A program made the position numbers and the translations under genes. DNA of 64,000 nt from Candidatus Latescibacterota bacterium (GTDB lineage: Bacteria; Latescibacterota; UBA2968; UBA8231), in the NCBI GenBank assembly GCA_965203175.1, contig OZ241867.1, forward strand, positions 2,464,001 to 2,528,000, in the 5' to 3' direction. This document shows, one piece after another, positions 37,111-46,506 of the stretch; the first letter of the stretch is position 1; each line of letters starts with the position of its first letter. The notes under the pieces are model-generated. The model did no database searches. It was not told where the DNA came from and saw only the letters and a list, made by a program, of their open reading frames with translations.

Positions 37111-37640
37111 AACGCGAAATCGCGCTGTTCGGGGCGCAGTGCCTCCGCCAGAGGTGTGCTCGGGTCGCAGAGGTGGATGACGCCATTCGCGCCCTCGTCG
37201 CCGACCTCTTCGACTCCATGCGCGCAGCGGAGGGGGTTGGGCTTGCCGCCCCGCAGATTGGCGTCCTCAAGCGGGTCTGCGTCGTCGATGTGACCGTCCA
37301 TCAGCCGGACTGCCAACCCGTGGCCTTGATCAACCCCAAGGTCACAGGCCACGAGGGCGAGCAAATCGGCGAGGAGGGTTGTCTGAGCTTTCCCGACCTG
37401 TACGGCGATGTCAAGCGCTACGCTTGGGTCGAAGTCGAGGCCATTGGCTTGGATGGCCAGCCTTTCAAAACCTCGGGCGAAGGCTTTTACGCCCGCGCCC
37501 TCCAGCACGAAATCGACCACCTCGACGGCAAGCTCTTCATCGACCACCTCAGCCCTCTCAAGCGCCAGCTCATGCGCGGCGCGCTCAAGCGGTTGAGAAA
37601 AGAGAGTCAGGCCAAAGCCTCGGCCATTGACATTACTTAG
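37107..37640 (+). CDS. def: Peptide deformylase
   Basis: GVGLAAPQIG, EGCLS, QHEIDHLDG. Confidence 0.97.
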   Translation: MKREIALFGAQCLRQRCARVAEVDDAIRALVADLFDSMRAAEGVGLAAPQIGVLKRVCVVDVTVHQPDCQPVALINPKVTGHEGEQIGEEGCLSFPDLYGDVKRYAWVEVEAIGLDGQPFKTSGEGFYARALQHEIDHLDGKLFIDHLSPLKRQLMRGALKRLRKESQAKASAIDIT

Positions 37641-37669
37641 TCTGGCTCTTACCTTTCACTTCAAGAAAT

Positions 37670-37746
37670 GGGGGCGTAGTTCAGTTGGTTAGAACGTCGG
37701 CCTGTCACGCCGAAGGTCGCGAGTTCGAGTCTCGTCGTCCCCGCCA
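37670..37746 (+). tRNA. tRNA-Asp(GTC)
   Basis: Acceptor stem GGGGGCG/CGTCCCC, anticodon arm TCGGC-CTGTCAC-GCCGA, TTCGA T-loop, encoded CCA. TTGACA-N17-TACCTT promoter at 37627-37655. Confidence 0.98.
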
Positions 37747-37837
37747 TTTTGTTAAGCTCCTTTAGCGCGCTTTGCGCGATTGAGGAGCTTTTCTTTTGCT
37801 AATTCCTACTCTCTTTTACATGCGAGAAAGGTACAAA

Positions 37838-38749
37838 ATGCAAGATCGCATCCGCGAAATTCTAAGTTGGTATGGCAGCGACAACCCCGGCACCTTGACC
37901 AACTTGGCGCGTCTGCTCAACCACGGTGCGCTCGGCGGCACGGGCAAGCTGGTTATCCTGCCCGTAGATCAGGGCGTTGAGCACGGCCCTGGGCGCAGCT
38001 TTGCTCCCAATCCGCCCGCGTACGATCCGCGCTATCACTTTGAGTTGGCCATTGACGCTGGCCTCAATGCATACGCCGCCCCGCTCGGGTTCCTCGAAGC
38101 GGGTGCGCGCGACTACGCCGGCGATCTGCCGCTGATCCTCAAGCTCAACAACCGCGAAAACCTCCACTCCGACGCAGACCCCACCCAGTCGCTCACTGGC
38201 TCCATTTCCGCCGCTCTGCGCCTAGGTTGCGTTGGCATCGGCTACACGGTCTATCCGGGTTCGGCGCTACGGCAGGAGATGTACGAGAAGCTGCAAGCCT
38301 TGGCCGAAGAGGCCAAGCGGTACGGTTTGGTCGTGGTGGTCTGGTCTTATCCGCGCGGCACGGACTTGAGCAAGGATGGAGAGACCGCGCTCGACGTCAC
38401 GGCGTACGCCGCCCAAATCGCCGCCCAGCTAGGGGCCCATGTCATCAAGGTCAAACCGCCTACGGCCCACATTGAGCAAGACGAGGCTCGCAAGGCGTAT
38501 GCGGATGTGCCGGCTGGCACTTTGGCCGAGTGTGTGAGCCACGTGGTGCAATCGGCGTTCAATGGGCGGCGCGTGGTGATCTTTTCTGGCGGCCCGGCCA
38601 AGGGCGAAGAGGAAATTATCGCGGAGATCACCGGCATCCGCGATGGCGGCGGTTTTGGCTCTATCATCGGCCGCAATGCCTTCCAGCGCGAGCGCGGGCA
38701 GGCTCTGGATCTGTTGCAGCGGATTGTGAGGATCTACGCGGACAAGTAA
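37838..38749 (+). CDS. fbaB: Class I fructose-bisphosphate aldolase (DhnA/FbaB type)
   Basis: ILPVDQGVEHGP, LILKLN, VWSYPRG, VIKVK, IIGRNAFQR. Start at ATG 37838. Confidence 0.93.
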   Translation: MQDRIREILSWYGSDNPGTLTNLARLLNHGALGGTGKLVILPVDQGVEHGPGRSFAPNPPAYDPRYHFELAIDAGLNAYAAPLGFLEAGARDYAGDLPLILKLNNRENLHSDADPTQSLTGSISAALRLGCVGIGYTVYPGSALRQEMYEKLQALAEEAKRYGLVVVVWSYPRGTDLSKDGETALDVTAYAAQIAAQLGAHVIKVKPPTAHIEQDEARKAYADVPAGTLAECVSHVVQSAFNGRRVVIFSGGPAKGEEEIIAEITGIRDGGGFGSIIGRNAFQRERGQALDLLQRIVRIYADK

Positions 38750-38764
38750 TAGCGAGACTCTTAA

Positions 38765-39577
38765 ATGCACATCACCGACGCCCAGCTCGCTACGTACAAA
38801 GAACAGGGCTTCCTGATCGTCGAGAACTTCCTTACCAAAGACGAACAGCAAGCTGCGCTCGATGGCTTCTTCACCCATTTTGCCCCGCCCTACGACCAAT
38901 ACCTAGCCAACGACCGCCGCAACGACACCCCCCAGCAAAGAGTCTTCCCTTGGGACCACTCCGGCCTCAATCACGTCACCGTTCATCCCGATCTGATTGA
39001 CGGGGCCGAGCTGGTCTTAGGTACGCGCGAGATTCGGCTCTGCGAGGGCCATCTAGGCATGAAATACGCCGGCGAGGAATACGGGACCAATTTTCACATT
39101 GACTACGGCAACAACACGCTGGGACCTATCATCGAGCCCGACGACTTTATGAACTTGGTTTGTTTCTACTGCTTCGACGACGTCGAGGAAGGGATGGCAC
39201 CGATCCGCATGGTGCCCAAGGGCCGCTCTGACGCGGAAGCCGTGCCGATGATCGTCCCCGGCGGCTCGGTGTGCCTCTACAGCGTCTTCACCCGCCACGC
39301 TGCCTCCGATTTCACCGCGCCAGCGGGGCACCGCCCGGTCATGTGGGTGGGTTTCACCCGCAAGGACCGCCCTTGGGACGGCGGTCGCACCTTCACGTAT
39401 AAAAGCGGTGCCCAGGGTGCCGCCATGAATCGCTTCATGGCTGAATCCACCCCGCGCCAGCGCGAACTACTGGGCTTCCCGCCGCCGGGAGACCCGCTGT
39501 GGACGGAAGAATTTATCGCGGGGATGGCGACGCGGTATCCGGGATTCGACGCGGAACCGTATTACGCAGCCAAGTAA
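38765..39577 (+). CDS. Phytanoyl-CoA dioxygenase (PhyH) family 2OG-Fe(II) oxygenase
   Basis: YKEQGFLIVENFL, HID...H facial triad. Confidence 0.8.
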   Translation: MHITDAQLATYKEQGFLIVENFLTKDEQQAALDGFFTHFAPPYDQYLANDRRNDTPQQRVFPWDHSGLNHVTVHPDLIDGAELVLGTREIRLCEGHLGMKYAGEEYGTNFHIDYGNNTLGPIIEPDDFMNLVCFYCFDDVEEGMAPIRMVPKGRSDAEAVPMIVPGGSVCLYSVFTRHAASDFTAPAGHRPVMWVGFTRKDRPWDGGRTFTYKSGAQGAAMNRFMAESTPRQRELLGFPPPGDPLWTEEFIAGMATRYPGFDAEPYYAAK

Positions 39578-39583
39578 AGAATA

Positions 39584-40597
39584 CTACACGCCCTGCAGTT
39601 CCAACTCGTCTTTGTGGTGGCAGGCGGCCAGATGCGACTCGCCCTCTAGCGCGGGCATCTGCTGGCTGCATAGGTCGCTTTTGTAGCGGCAGCGCGGCGC
39701 GAACGCGCAGCCTTGGTCGTCGGCCGGCGTTGGTTCGCCAGACTCGCTGGCGTCTTCGTCTTCTTCCATCCACGAGGCGTGGGGGTCGGGTGCGGGCGCG
39801 GCCTCTAGCAACATGGCCGTATAGGGGTGCTGCGGTTGGGTGAAGAGGATTTCGGTTGCGGCCTGTTCCACGATTCGGCCTTGGTACATGACGGCCACTT
39901 CATCGCAGAGATAGCGCACCACGCTCAGGTCGTGGGCGATAAAGAGCAAGGTGAGGTCGAGGTCGGTCTGCAATTGGCGGAGCAAGTTGAGGATCTGCGC
40001 TTGCACGCTGACGTCGAGTGCGGAGACTGGCTCGTCGGCGACGATGAGCGACGGGCTCAAGGCCAAGGCGCGGGCAATACCGATGCGCTGGCGCTGGCCG
40101 CCGGAGAAGGCGTGCGGATAGCGGCGCGCATATCTGGGGTCGAGTCCCACTCGCTCCATTAGCTCGCCCACGCGCGCGTGGCTGTCGCGCGCCGACCAGC
40201 CGTAAGACCGGAGCGGCTCGGCGATTAGATCGCGCACTGGCATGCGCGGATTTAGGGATGAGTACGGGTCTTGGAAGATCATCTGCATCTGCCGGCGAGC
40301 TTGGACGACTTCGCGGCGGCCGAGTTGGGCCATATCGACGACCTGCCCGTCCTGTTGGCGAAAGAGGATTTCCCCAGCGGTCGGGTCTAGGGCGCGGAGA
40401 ATCATTCGCCCGGTGGTGGTCTTGCCGCAACCGCTCTCGCCGACCAGCCCCAAAATTTTGCCTTGGGCAAGCGAGAAGCTCACGCCGTCTACGGCCTTCA
40501 CCCAACCCGTCTGTCGCTGTAAAAGCCCCCGGTGCACGGGAAAGTGCTTTTTTAACCCTCGTACTTGCAGGAGGGCGTCTGTGGCCCCATTGGACAT
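39584..40597 (-). CDS. Oligopeptide ABC transporter ATP-binding subunit (OppF/DppF-like)
   Basis: GESGCGKT, FQDPYSSLNPR, FSGGQRQR, ADEPVSALD, HPYT. Start at ATG 40597. Confidence 0.95.
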   Translation of the reverse strand: MSNGATDALLQVRGLKKHFPVHRGLLQRQTGWVKAVDGVSFSLAQGKILGLVGESGCGKTTTGRMILRALDPTAGEILFRQQDGQVVDMAQLGRREVVQARRQMQMIFQDPYSSLNPRMPVRDLIAEPLRSYGWSARDSHARVGELMERVGLDPRYARRYPHAFSGGQRQRIGIARALALSPSLIVADEPVSALDVSVQAQILNLLRQLQTDLDLTLLFIAHDLSVVRYLCDEVAVMYQGRIVEQAATEILFTQPQHPYTAMLLEAAPAPDPHASWMEEDEDASESGEPTPADDQGCAFAPRCRYKSDLCSQQMPALEGESHLAACHHKDELELQGV

Positions 40598-40601
40598 CGG
40601 G

Positions 40602-41609
40602 CTAATCCCCTCCTTCTTCGGTGTGGATGAAACAACGGGTGTGGTGATGTGGTCCCACTTCTGCCGACGCGGGCATTTGCTGCTCGCAAATGGAGCCGAC
40701 CTTTTGCGTGCAGCGGGTGTGGAAGGGGCATCCCTCGGGCAGGGCGTACGCGCTGGGGACGCTGCCTTCAATTGGCTCGATGTGCCGGCGTTTGCCCGTC
40801 AGGCTGGGGATGGATTGCAGCAGGGCTGCGGTATAGGGATGCGCCGGGCTGTCGAAAATTGCGGCTACCGGCCCCTCTTCGACGATCCGCCCCATGTACA
40901 TCACATAGACGTATTCGACTGTGTGCGCGATCACGCCTAGATCGTGGGTAATCAGCATGAGCGCCAGTCCTAGCTCGCGCTGGAGCCGCTGGATTAGCTT
41001 GAGCACCCGCGCCTGCACGGTTACGTCGAGCGCTGTGGTTGGCTCGTCGGCGATTAAGAGCCGCGGATTGCTCGCCAGGGCCATGGCAATCATCGCCCGC
41101 TGGCGCATCCCCCCCGAAAGCTGGAAGGGATAGTCGTCGGCGCGGTCCTGCGGATCGGGGATGCCGACTAGGTGCAACAGTTCGACGACTCGCTGCCGCG
41201 TTGCTTCTGAGGATAGCGAGTCGTGGAGTTGGATCATTTCGGCGATTTGGTTGCCAATGGTGTGCACCGGCGAGAACGCGGTCATTGGCTCTTGGAAGAT
41301 CATGGAGATGTCGCCGCCTCGGATCTGGTGCATCTCGTCGCTGTGCGCGTCGAGTGCGGCGAGGTCGATTTCGCGTTCGTCCAGCTTGCGGCGGTAGCGG
41401 ATGTGGCCGCTGGTAATCTCGGCTGCTGGCGGCAAAATCTGCAGCAGGGCGTTGGAAGTCATGGTTTTGCCGCAACCGCTCTCGCCGACGATGCCCACAG
41501 CTTGGCCGGTGTTGATGCGGAAGCTGACGCCGTTGAGCGGCCGCACCACACCCTCGTCGCGGGTGATGCGCACGCTTAGGTCGTGGACGTCAAGGAGGGG
41601 AGAGGTCAT
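40602..41609 (-). CDS. Oligopeptide ABC transporter ATP-binding subunit (OppD/DppD-like)
   Basis: GESGCGKT, FQEPMT, LSGGMRQR, ADEPTTALD. Confidence 0.95.
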   Translation of the reverse strand: MTSPLLDVHDLSVRITRDEGVVRPLNGVSFRINTGQAVGIVGESGCGKTMTSNALLQILPPAAEITSGHIRYRRKLDEREIDLAALDAHSDEMHQIRGGDISMIFQEPMTAFSPVHTIGNQIAEMIQLHDSLSSEATRQRVVELLHLVGIPDPQDRADDYPFQLSGGMRQRAMIAMALASNPRLLIADEPTTALDVTVQARVLKLIQRLQRELGLALMLITHDLGVIAHTVEYVYVMYMGRIVEEGPVAAIFDSPAHPYTAALLQSIPSLTGKRRHIEPIEGSVPSAYALPEGCPFHTRCTQKVGSICEQQMPASAEVGPHHHTRCFIHTEEGGD

Positions 41610-41615
41610 AAGTGG

Positions 41616-41816
41616 CTAAGCGGTCTCGAATTCCAAAGCGGAGAGATTCAGATTGGACGAGCGCTTCGACAGATAGAGCATTTCCACGCCCACCACTTCG
41701 TTCGATTCGTTGTAATCGAGGACCACTCCCGGCGAGACCTCTTCGGACTCGACGATGGTAGAATCATCGAGGCGCAGATAGAGTGCGTCGGCTTTTTTGT
41801 CGACATGCAGTTTCAT
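41616..41816 (-). CDS. DUF2283-family protein (putative antitoxin)
   Basis: DKKADALYLRL, ESEEV.PGVVLDYN, VVGVEML. Confidence 0.85.
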   Translation of the reverse strand: MKLHVDKKADALYLRLDDSTIVESEEVSPGVVLDYNESNEVVGVEMLYLSKRSSNLNLSALEFETA

Positions 41817-42045
41817 AATTTTCCTCTCATGTTTCGGTCAAAAAATACGCTCACTACCCGCCAAGGTGCAACGCGGGTATTGACAGCGACGCGCAGTATT
41901 CGGTTGTCCCGTTCTGGGATAGAACGAAAAAAACGCTCCACCTCGGGTCGTTTGGATCGGGCATGCGCAACGTCGGTTCGGCTACTACCCGTTCAACCCA
42001 CTCCATGGGGATCATCCGTTCGGCCATCGCATGAACCGCGTGCTT
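41813..42045 (-). pseudogene. DUF4258-family (RelE-like) putative toxin, start lost and frameshifted
   Basis: Manual translation KHAVHAMAERMIPMEWVERVVAEPTLRMPDPNDP, a 1-nt deletion near 41943, then VERFFRSIPERDNRILRVAVNTRVAPWRVVSVFFDRNMRGKL*. ATGA overlap with DUF2283. Confidence 0.8.
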
Positions 42046-42247
42046 TGAACCTATTATTTAATTCTTCGATTGCATCATCGGCTATGGGCAGAAACCACGC
42101 CACATAGCCGTCCGGCGTTACCCCTCCATACGTAGCAAACCGCTGATTGGTATAAGGAGGTGAAGCAACGACCAAGTCCACCGAGTTCGACGCAATATGC
42201 TGGAGCTGTTCTGCGCAGTCGCCAAAGTATAGCGTCCAATTTCGCAT
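41993..42247 (-). pseudogene. N-terminal fragment of a beta-class N4/N6 DNA methyltransferase
   Basis: LYFGDC, SVDLVVASPPY (motif IV), YVAWFLPI. Homology stops after ~55 aa; no SAM-binding FxGxG. Confidence 0.8.
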
Positions 42248-42265
42248 GGCCTTTTCCACGTCTAA

Positions 42266-43372
42266 CTAATGGCTCGCATACGGATCGGCTGCGTCGCGCA
42301 TGCCATCGCCGACCAAGTTGAAGGCCAAGACCGCGATGACCACGAAAAGCCCCGGCAGCAAGAGCCACGGTGCCATGGCCACGGCCTGAAAGTTCTGCGC
42401 CTTTTGCAGCAGCACCCCCCAGCTAACCACGGGTGCCCGCAGCCCAATCCCCAGAAAACTCAGCGCGGTCTCGCCGAGGATCATGCCCGGCACCGCTAAG
42501 GTGGCCGAGGTGATCACGTGGCTGAGGAACGACGGCAGCAGGTGTTTGAAAATGATCTTCAACTCGTGGGTGCCCGACAGGCGGGCGGCAACCACGAAAT
42601 CCTCGTCGCGCAGCGACAGAAAGCGGCCGCGCACCACCCGCGCCAACCCAGTCCAGCCCATCAGCGAGAGAATGATGGTGACGCCGAAGTAAATATGCAG
42701 CGGCGGCCAGTGTGCTGGCAGCGCCGCGCTCAACGCCATCCACAGCGGTAGCTGCGGCACAGCCATCAGGACTTCGATCATCCGCTGCACTATCACATCG
42801 ACCCAGCCGCTGTAATAACCCGCCAATCCCCCGAGCAGGATGCCGATGAGGAAGGTCAGGGCCACGCCGATTAGCCCGATGGTGAGAGAAATGCGCGCCC
42901 CATGTATAATTCGGCTGAACAGATCGCGGCCCAAATCGTCGGTGCCAAAGAGGAACAACGGCCCGCTACCCGCGCTGAACAGGTGAAAGTCCGCATTGAA
43001 AAGTCCCCAGAATTCGTAGGCTGGGCCGCGCGCGAAAAAGCGGATCGGATACACGGCCTCGGTATCGACGAGATACTCGCGTTGCCACGGGCCGGCGGCC
43101 GTGTCTTGCCGCACGCCGTGGACAAAGGGTCGCCAGTGAAAGCGCCCCTCGCCGTCGAAAAAGCGGATCTCCTGCGGTGGACAGAGAACGTATTGCGCGT
43201 GGCGCTGGTCGGGCTGGTAAGGCGAGATAAATTCGCACAGGGCCGCGAGGCCGTAGAGCGCGATCAGCACCGCACTGCCGGCTAGCGCCAGCCGATGGCG
43301 GCGGAAGCGCATCCACATCAGACGCCACTGCGAGGCGTCGGCTAGTTGGGTTGTGGGGCGGTCTTCACTCAT
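42266..43372 (-). CDS. Oligopeptide ABC transporter permease (OppC/DppC-like)
   Basis: FGTDDLGRDLFSR, ARVVRG, ETALSFLGIG, FNLVGDGMRDAADP. Confidence 0.95.
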   Translation of the reverse strand: MSEDRPTTQLADASQWRLMWMRFRRHRLALAGSAVLIALYGLAALCEFISPYQPDQRHAQYVLCPPQEIRFFDGEGRFHWRPFVHGVRQDTAAGPWQREYLVDTEAVYPIRFFARGPAYEFWGLFNADFHLFSAGSGPLFLFGTDDLGRDLFSRIIHGARISLTIGLIGVALTFLIGILLGGLAGYYSGWVDVIVQRMIEVLMAVPQLPLWMALSAALPAHWPPLHIYFGVTIILSLMGWTGLARVVRGRFLSLRDEDFVVAARLSGTHELKIIFKHLLPSFLSHVITSATLAVPGMILGETALSFLGIGLRAPVVSWGVLLQKAQNFQAVAMAPWLLLPGLFVVIAVLAFNLVGDGMRDAADPYASH

Positions 43373-44348
43373 AGCGGATGCGCGGGTCGGCAATGGCCAA
43401 GAGAATGTCCGACAGCAGGGTGCCTATTATCGTCAGGACGCTGAGCATGAGCAGGAAACTGCCCGCCAAATACATGTCTTGATTGCGCAGGGAGTCGAGC
43501 AGCAGGGGGCCGGTCGTTGGCAGGCTCAACACTACGCTGGTGATGGCCGAGCCGGAGATCAGGTGCGGCAGCATCCAGCCGACCGTGCTGATAAAGGGAT
43601 TGATGGCAATGCGCAATGGGTACTTAATCACCAAGCGGACCGGACCAAGGCCCTTGGCCAGCGCTGTGGTTACGTAGGGCTTGCCCAGCTCGTCGAGGAG
43701 ATTGGCGCGCATGATTCGCATCAGCCCGGCCATGCCGGCCGTGCCGACGACCACGGCCGGGATCCACAGATGCCCGAGCAAATCGCCGAATTTGGCCAAG
43801 CTCCACGGCGCACTCGCGTACTCGGGGGAAAACAGTCCGCCCACGGCAATCCCAAACCACTCGTAGCCCAGGTACATCAAAACCAGCGCGAGCAGGAAGT
43901 TGGGCGTCGCCAGACCGACGAAGGCCGCGAGGGTCGCTGTGTAGTCGAGCACCGAGTACTGGCGCAGGGCCGAATAGATGCCCACCGGAAAGGCCACCAG
44001 CCAAGTCAACAAGGTCGCGGTCGAGGTAATCAGCAAGGTGTAGCCAAGCCGCTCCCAGATCAGGTTGTTGACCGACTGGCCGTACATCACTGAATAGCCC
44101 ATATCGCCTCGGAGGAAGCCGCCCATCCACTTGAAGTATTGGATAAACATCGGGTCGTCGAGGTGGTAGCGGGCGCGCAGGGCGGCGATTTGTTCCTCGG
44201 AGATGTCTTGGCCCTCGGCCTGCAGCTCTTGCAGGCGCGACGTGATGATGTCCCCGGGTGGCAACTGGATGACGACGAAGACCAGCACCGAAACGGCCAG
44301 CAGGGTGGGGATCATAATCAGGACGCGGCGGATGATGTAGTTAATCAT
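43365..44348 (-). CDS. Oligopeptide ABC transporter permease (OppB/DppB-like)
   Basis: YIIRR, PGD, QYFKW, GDMGYS, YVTTALAKG, DPRIR. Confidence 0.95.
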   Translation of the reverse strand: MINYIIRRVLIMIPTLLAVSVLVFVVIQLPPGDIITSRLQELQAEGQDISEEQIAALRARYHLDDPMFIQYFKWMGGFLRGDMGYSVMYGQSVNNLIWERLGYTLLITSTATLLTWLVAFPVGIYSALRQYSVLDYTATLAAFVGLATPNFLLALVLMYLGYEWFGIAVGGLFSPEYASAPWSLAKFGDLLGHLWIPAVVVGTAGMAGLMRIMRANLLDELGKPYVTTALAKGLGPVRLVIKYPLRIAINPFISTVGWMLPHLISGSAITSVVLSLPTTGPLLLDSLRNQDMYLAGSFLLMLSVLTIIGTLLSDILLAIADPRIRYE

Positions 44349-44351
44349 GGC

Positions 44352-46313
44352 TCAGTCTTGTTGCAGGTACCAAGTCTCTGGATAGTAGGGCCAAGACCAG
44401 CGCGAATCCCACCCCCAATAGCCCTGGCGCGGGACATTGCGCAGCCGGTTGCTAACGATGACCGGGTGTGGCCCTAAGCCGATGACGCCGAGCGCCCACA
44501 GGTTTTCGGCTTGGCTCTGGAGAATTTTCTTGCCCATGGCGATGCGCTCTTGGAGGTTGGATGTGCGGCGCAGCACCTCCCACCAGGCGATTAGGTCGCG
44601 GACCTTGCCGGGCGGCATCCAGCCACGCGCTCCGTCCGACCGGTACCACCGCGACCACTCCGGCCATTGGGTCACCTCCTGCCCCACGTGCATGGGCACG
44701 TACCAAAAAGGCTCGATGGGAAAGAGGATGTCGGCATTGCGATCGGCGTGCCAGATGCTCATGTCCATGACTCCGCCCCGGGTGCGGATGCCTTGCAGCG
44801 CGCCGCTTATTTGCTTGCGGTTGATGTGCAGCCCCACTTCGCGCCAGTGGGCGGTCACCAAGTCCACGGTAACTTGCTTTGGCGTCTCCCCGATCGTGTA
44901 CTCCAGCGTGATTTCGAGGGGGCGGCCATCGGGATGGTCGCGCCGGCCATCGCCGTTGCGGTCGATCAGTCCCATCTCGTCGAGCAGGGCGCGGGCGCGT
45001 TGCGGATCGTACTCGGCCCAAGCTGAGGCAAAGGAAGGCTCAAAGTAGCGGCTCGAAGATACGACCGTCAACTGGCGCGGGATCCCCTGCCCGTAATAGG
45101 CAATGTCGTTGATCTCCACGCGGTTGATGGCCAGCGAGAGGGCGCGACGAAAGCGCACGTCCTGAAAAATCTGCCTGAGCCGCTCGTCGGGGTGGGTCAT
45201 ATTAATCATGAAGGTCACGTCCGAGCCGTAGGGACGGGGCCAGAGGTAGGTCTCATAGCCGTTGTCCTGCTCGAAGCGCTTAAACAGCGGGATGTCGGCG
45301 GTCTTAAACTGCCGCCCGGCAAAATCGATCTGTCCGGTGGCGGCCTTGGCCGCCATGATCTCGGGGCTGTCAACTCGCTGGACTTCGAGGTAATCTATAT
45401 AGGGCAGTTGATTGCCGGCTGGATCTACTTTGGGGTAGTAGGGGTTGCGGCGGTAGCGGACGCGCGTCGAAGTCTTGCTGACCACCACGTAAGCGGTCTG
45501 CACTGGCTTGTAAAAGACCATTAGATCGCGCGTGCTGACAACGGCTTGGAAGTAGGTGCGCCAGTCTTGTAGGCCGAGTTCCACTGCTTCGCGCTCTAGC
45601 TGATCCGCGTCGGTAAAATCGGGATGATAGCGGCGCATAAAGTGCGCTGGTGCCGACAGATGCGAGCTGTTGTGGGCGAGGTGCTTGACAAAGAGCGGCA
45701 TCGGCTGGGGAAAGTGATAGCTAAAAAGGTGGGGGCTGTGTTTTTCGATGCGAGCCCCCTTAAAGCGGGGTGATACCACGGGCGTGAGGCTTTTGTTCAT
45801 GTGGACGCGATCGAACCAAAAGACAAAGTCGTCGGCCGTCACTGGGTGCCCGTCGGACCACTTGTGACCGGGCCGGAGGAAGACCGTCAGGGTCTGCGCG
45901 TCGTTGTGATACTCGACCCGCGCGGCAAAGTTGGGCAGGGTTAGCTGGAGCTGTGGCCCCGGACGCAGGGTTCCTTCGGGTACATTGAGGAGTTGTTCGC
46001 CGGCGAGGAAGAGCCGAGCGGTACCCCCGTAGGTCCCAATCCCGTCGATTGGCTCGACGACAATCGGGTCATCGGGGAGCCGCTCCTCCACGGGCGGCAA
46101 CTCGCCAGCGGCCACGAGTTCGTCGAGCATGGGCGACTGACGGAAGGTCGTCAAGCCGACTTCCGAGGCCGTGCGCGGCGGGTGGAACCAGCTTTCTGGC
46201 CACGCTGTGCGAGGTATGTCGCCCTCGGCCGCTGGGTGCGCCGCTTGACTTTCCCGGCCGCATCCTACTAGAGCCATGAGCATTAGCAGGAACCCGGCCT
46301 GCACTCCATTCAT
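44352..46313 (-). CDS. ABC substrate-binding lipoprotein, family 5
   Basis: Lipobox LVGC, LPPVEERLP, KWSDGHPVTADD, RNPYY, GNQLPYID, FRRALSLAINR. The ORF track over-extends the start; probable ATG 46313. Confidence 0.93.
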   Translation of the reverse strand: MNGVQAGFLLMLMALVGCGRESQAAHPAAEGDIPRTAWPESWFHPPRTASEVGLTTFRQSPMLDELVAAGELPPVEERLPDDPIVVEPIDGIGTYGGTARLFLAGEQLLNVPEGTLRPGPQLQLTLPNFAARVEYHNDAQTLTVFLRPGHKWSDGHPVTADDFVFWFDRVHMNKSLTPVVSPRFKGARIEKHSPHLFSYHFPQPMPLFVKHLAHNSSHLSAPAHFMRRYHPDFTDADQLEREAVELGLQDWRTYFQAVVSTRDLMVFYKPVQTAYVVVSKTSTRVRYRRNPYYPKVDPAGNQLPYIDYLEVQRVDSPEIMAAKAATGQIDFAGRQFKTADIPLFKRFEQDNGYETYLWPRPYGSDVTFMINMTHPDERLRQIFQDVRFRRALSLAINRVEINDIAYYGQGIPRQLTVVSSSRYFEPSFASAWAEYDPQRARALLDEMGLIDRNGDGRRDHPDGRPLEITLEYTIGETPKQVTVDLVTAHWREVGLHINRKQISGALQGIRTRGGVMDMSIWHADRNADILFPIEPFWYVPMHVGQEVTQWPEWSRWYRSDGARGWMPPGKVRDLIAWWEVLRRTSNLQERIAMGKKILQSQAENLWALGVIGLGPHPVIVSNRLRNVPRQGYWGWDSRWSWPYYPETWYLQQD

Positions 46314-46506
46314 CAAAATTATACCACGCAGAAAGAGGCGCGCCGCCTGAGGGCGGCTAATAATTGAGGTCAAACAGTCTAAAGCGATTGCGCCGATTGC
46401 GCCAGAGGGCGCGGAAGAGAACGGTTGCACCCATTGCGCCAAACGGCGCGGCGACCTACTTTTCTTAGGCACCAACATATGCACCAATACGTGAGGAGGT
46501 GGCGAT

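Noticed and set aside
37670-37800. Island or prophage integrated at tRNA-Asp
   Set aside because: No integrase, no duplicated tRNA 3' end seen, and a housekeeping gene follows directly.
46424-46484. Sigma54 promoter and NtrC site upstream of P-II
   Set aside because: GG-to-GC spacing in AGGCACCAACATATGC is 11 nt rather than 10, and the TGCGCC-N4-GGCGCG site is one base short of the NtrC 17-mer.
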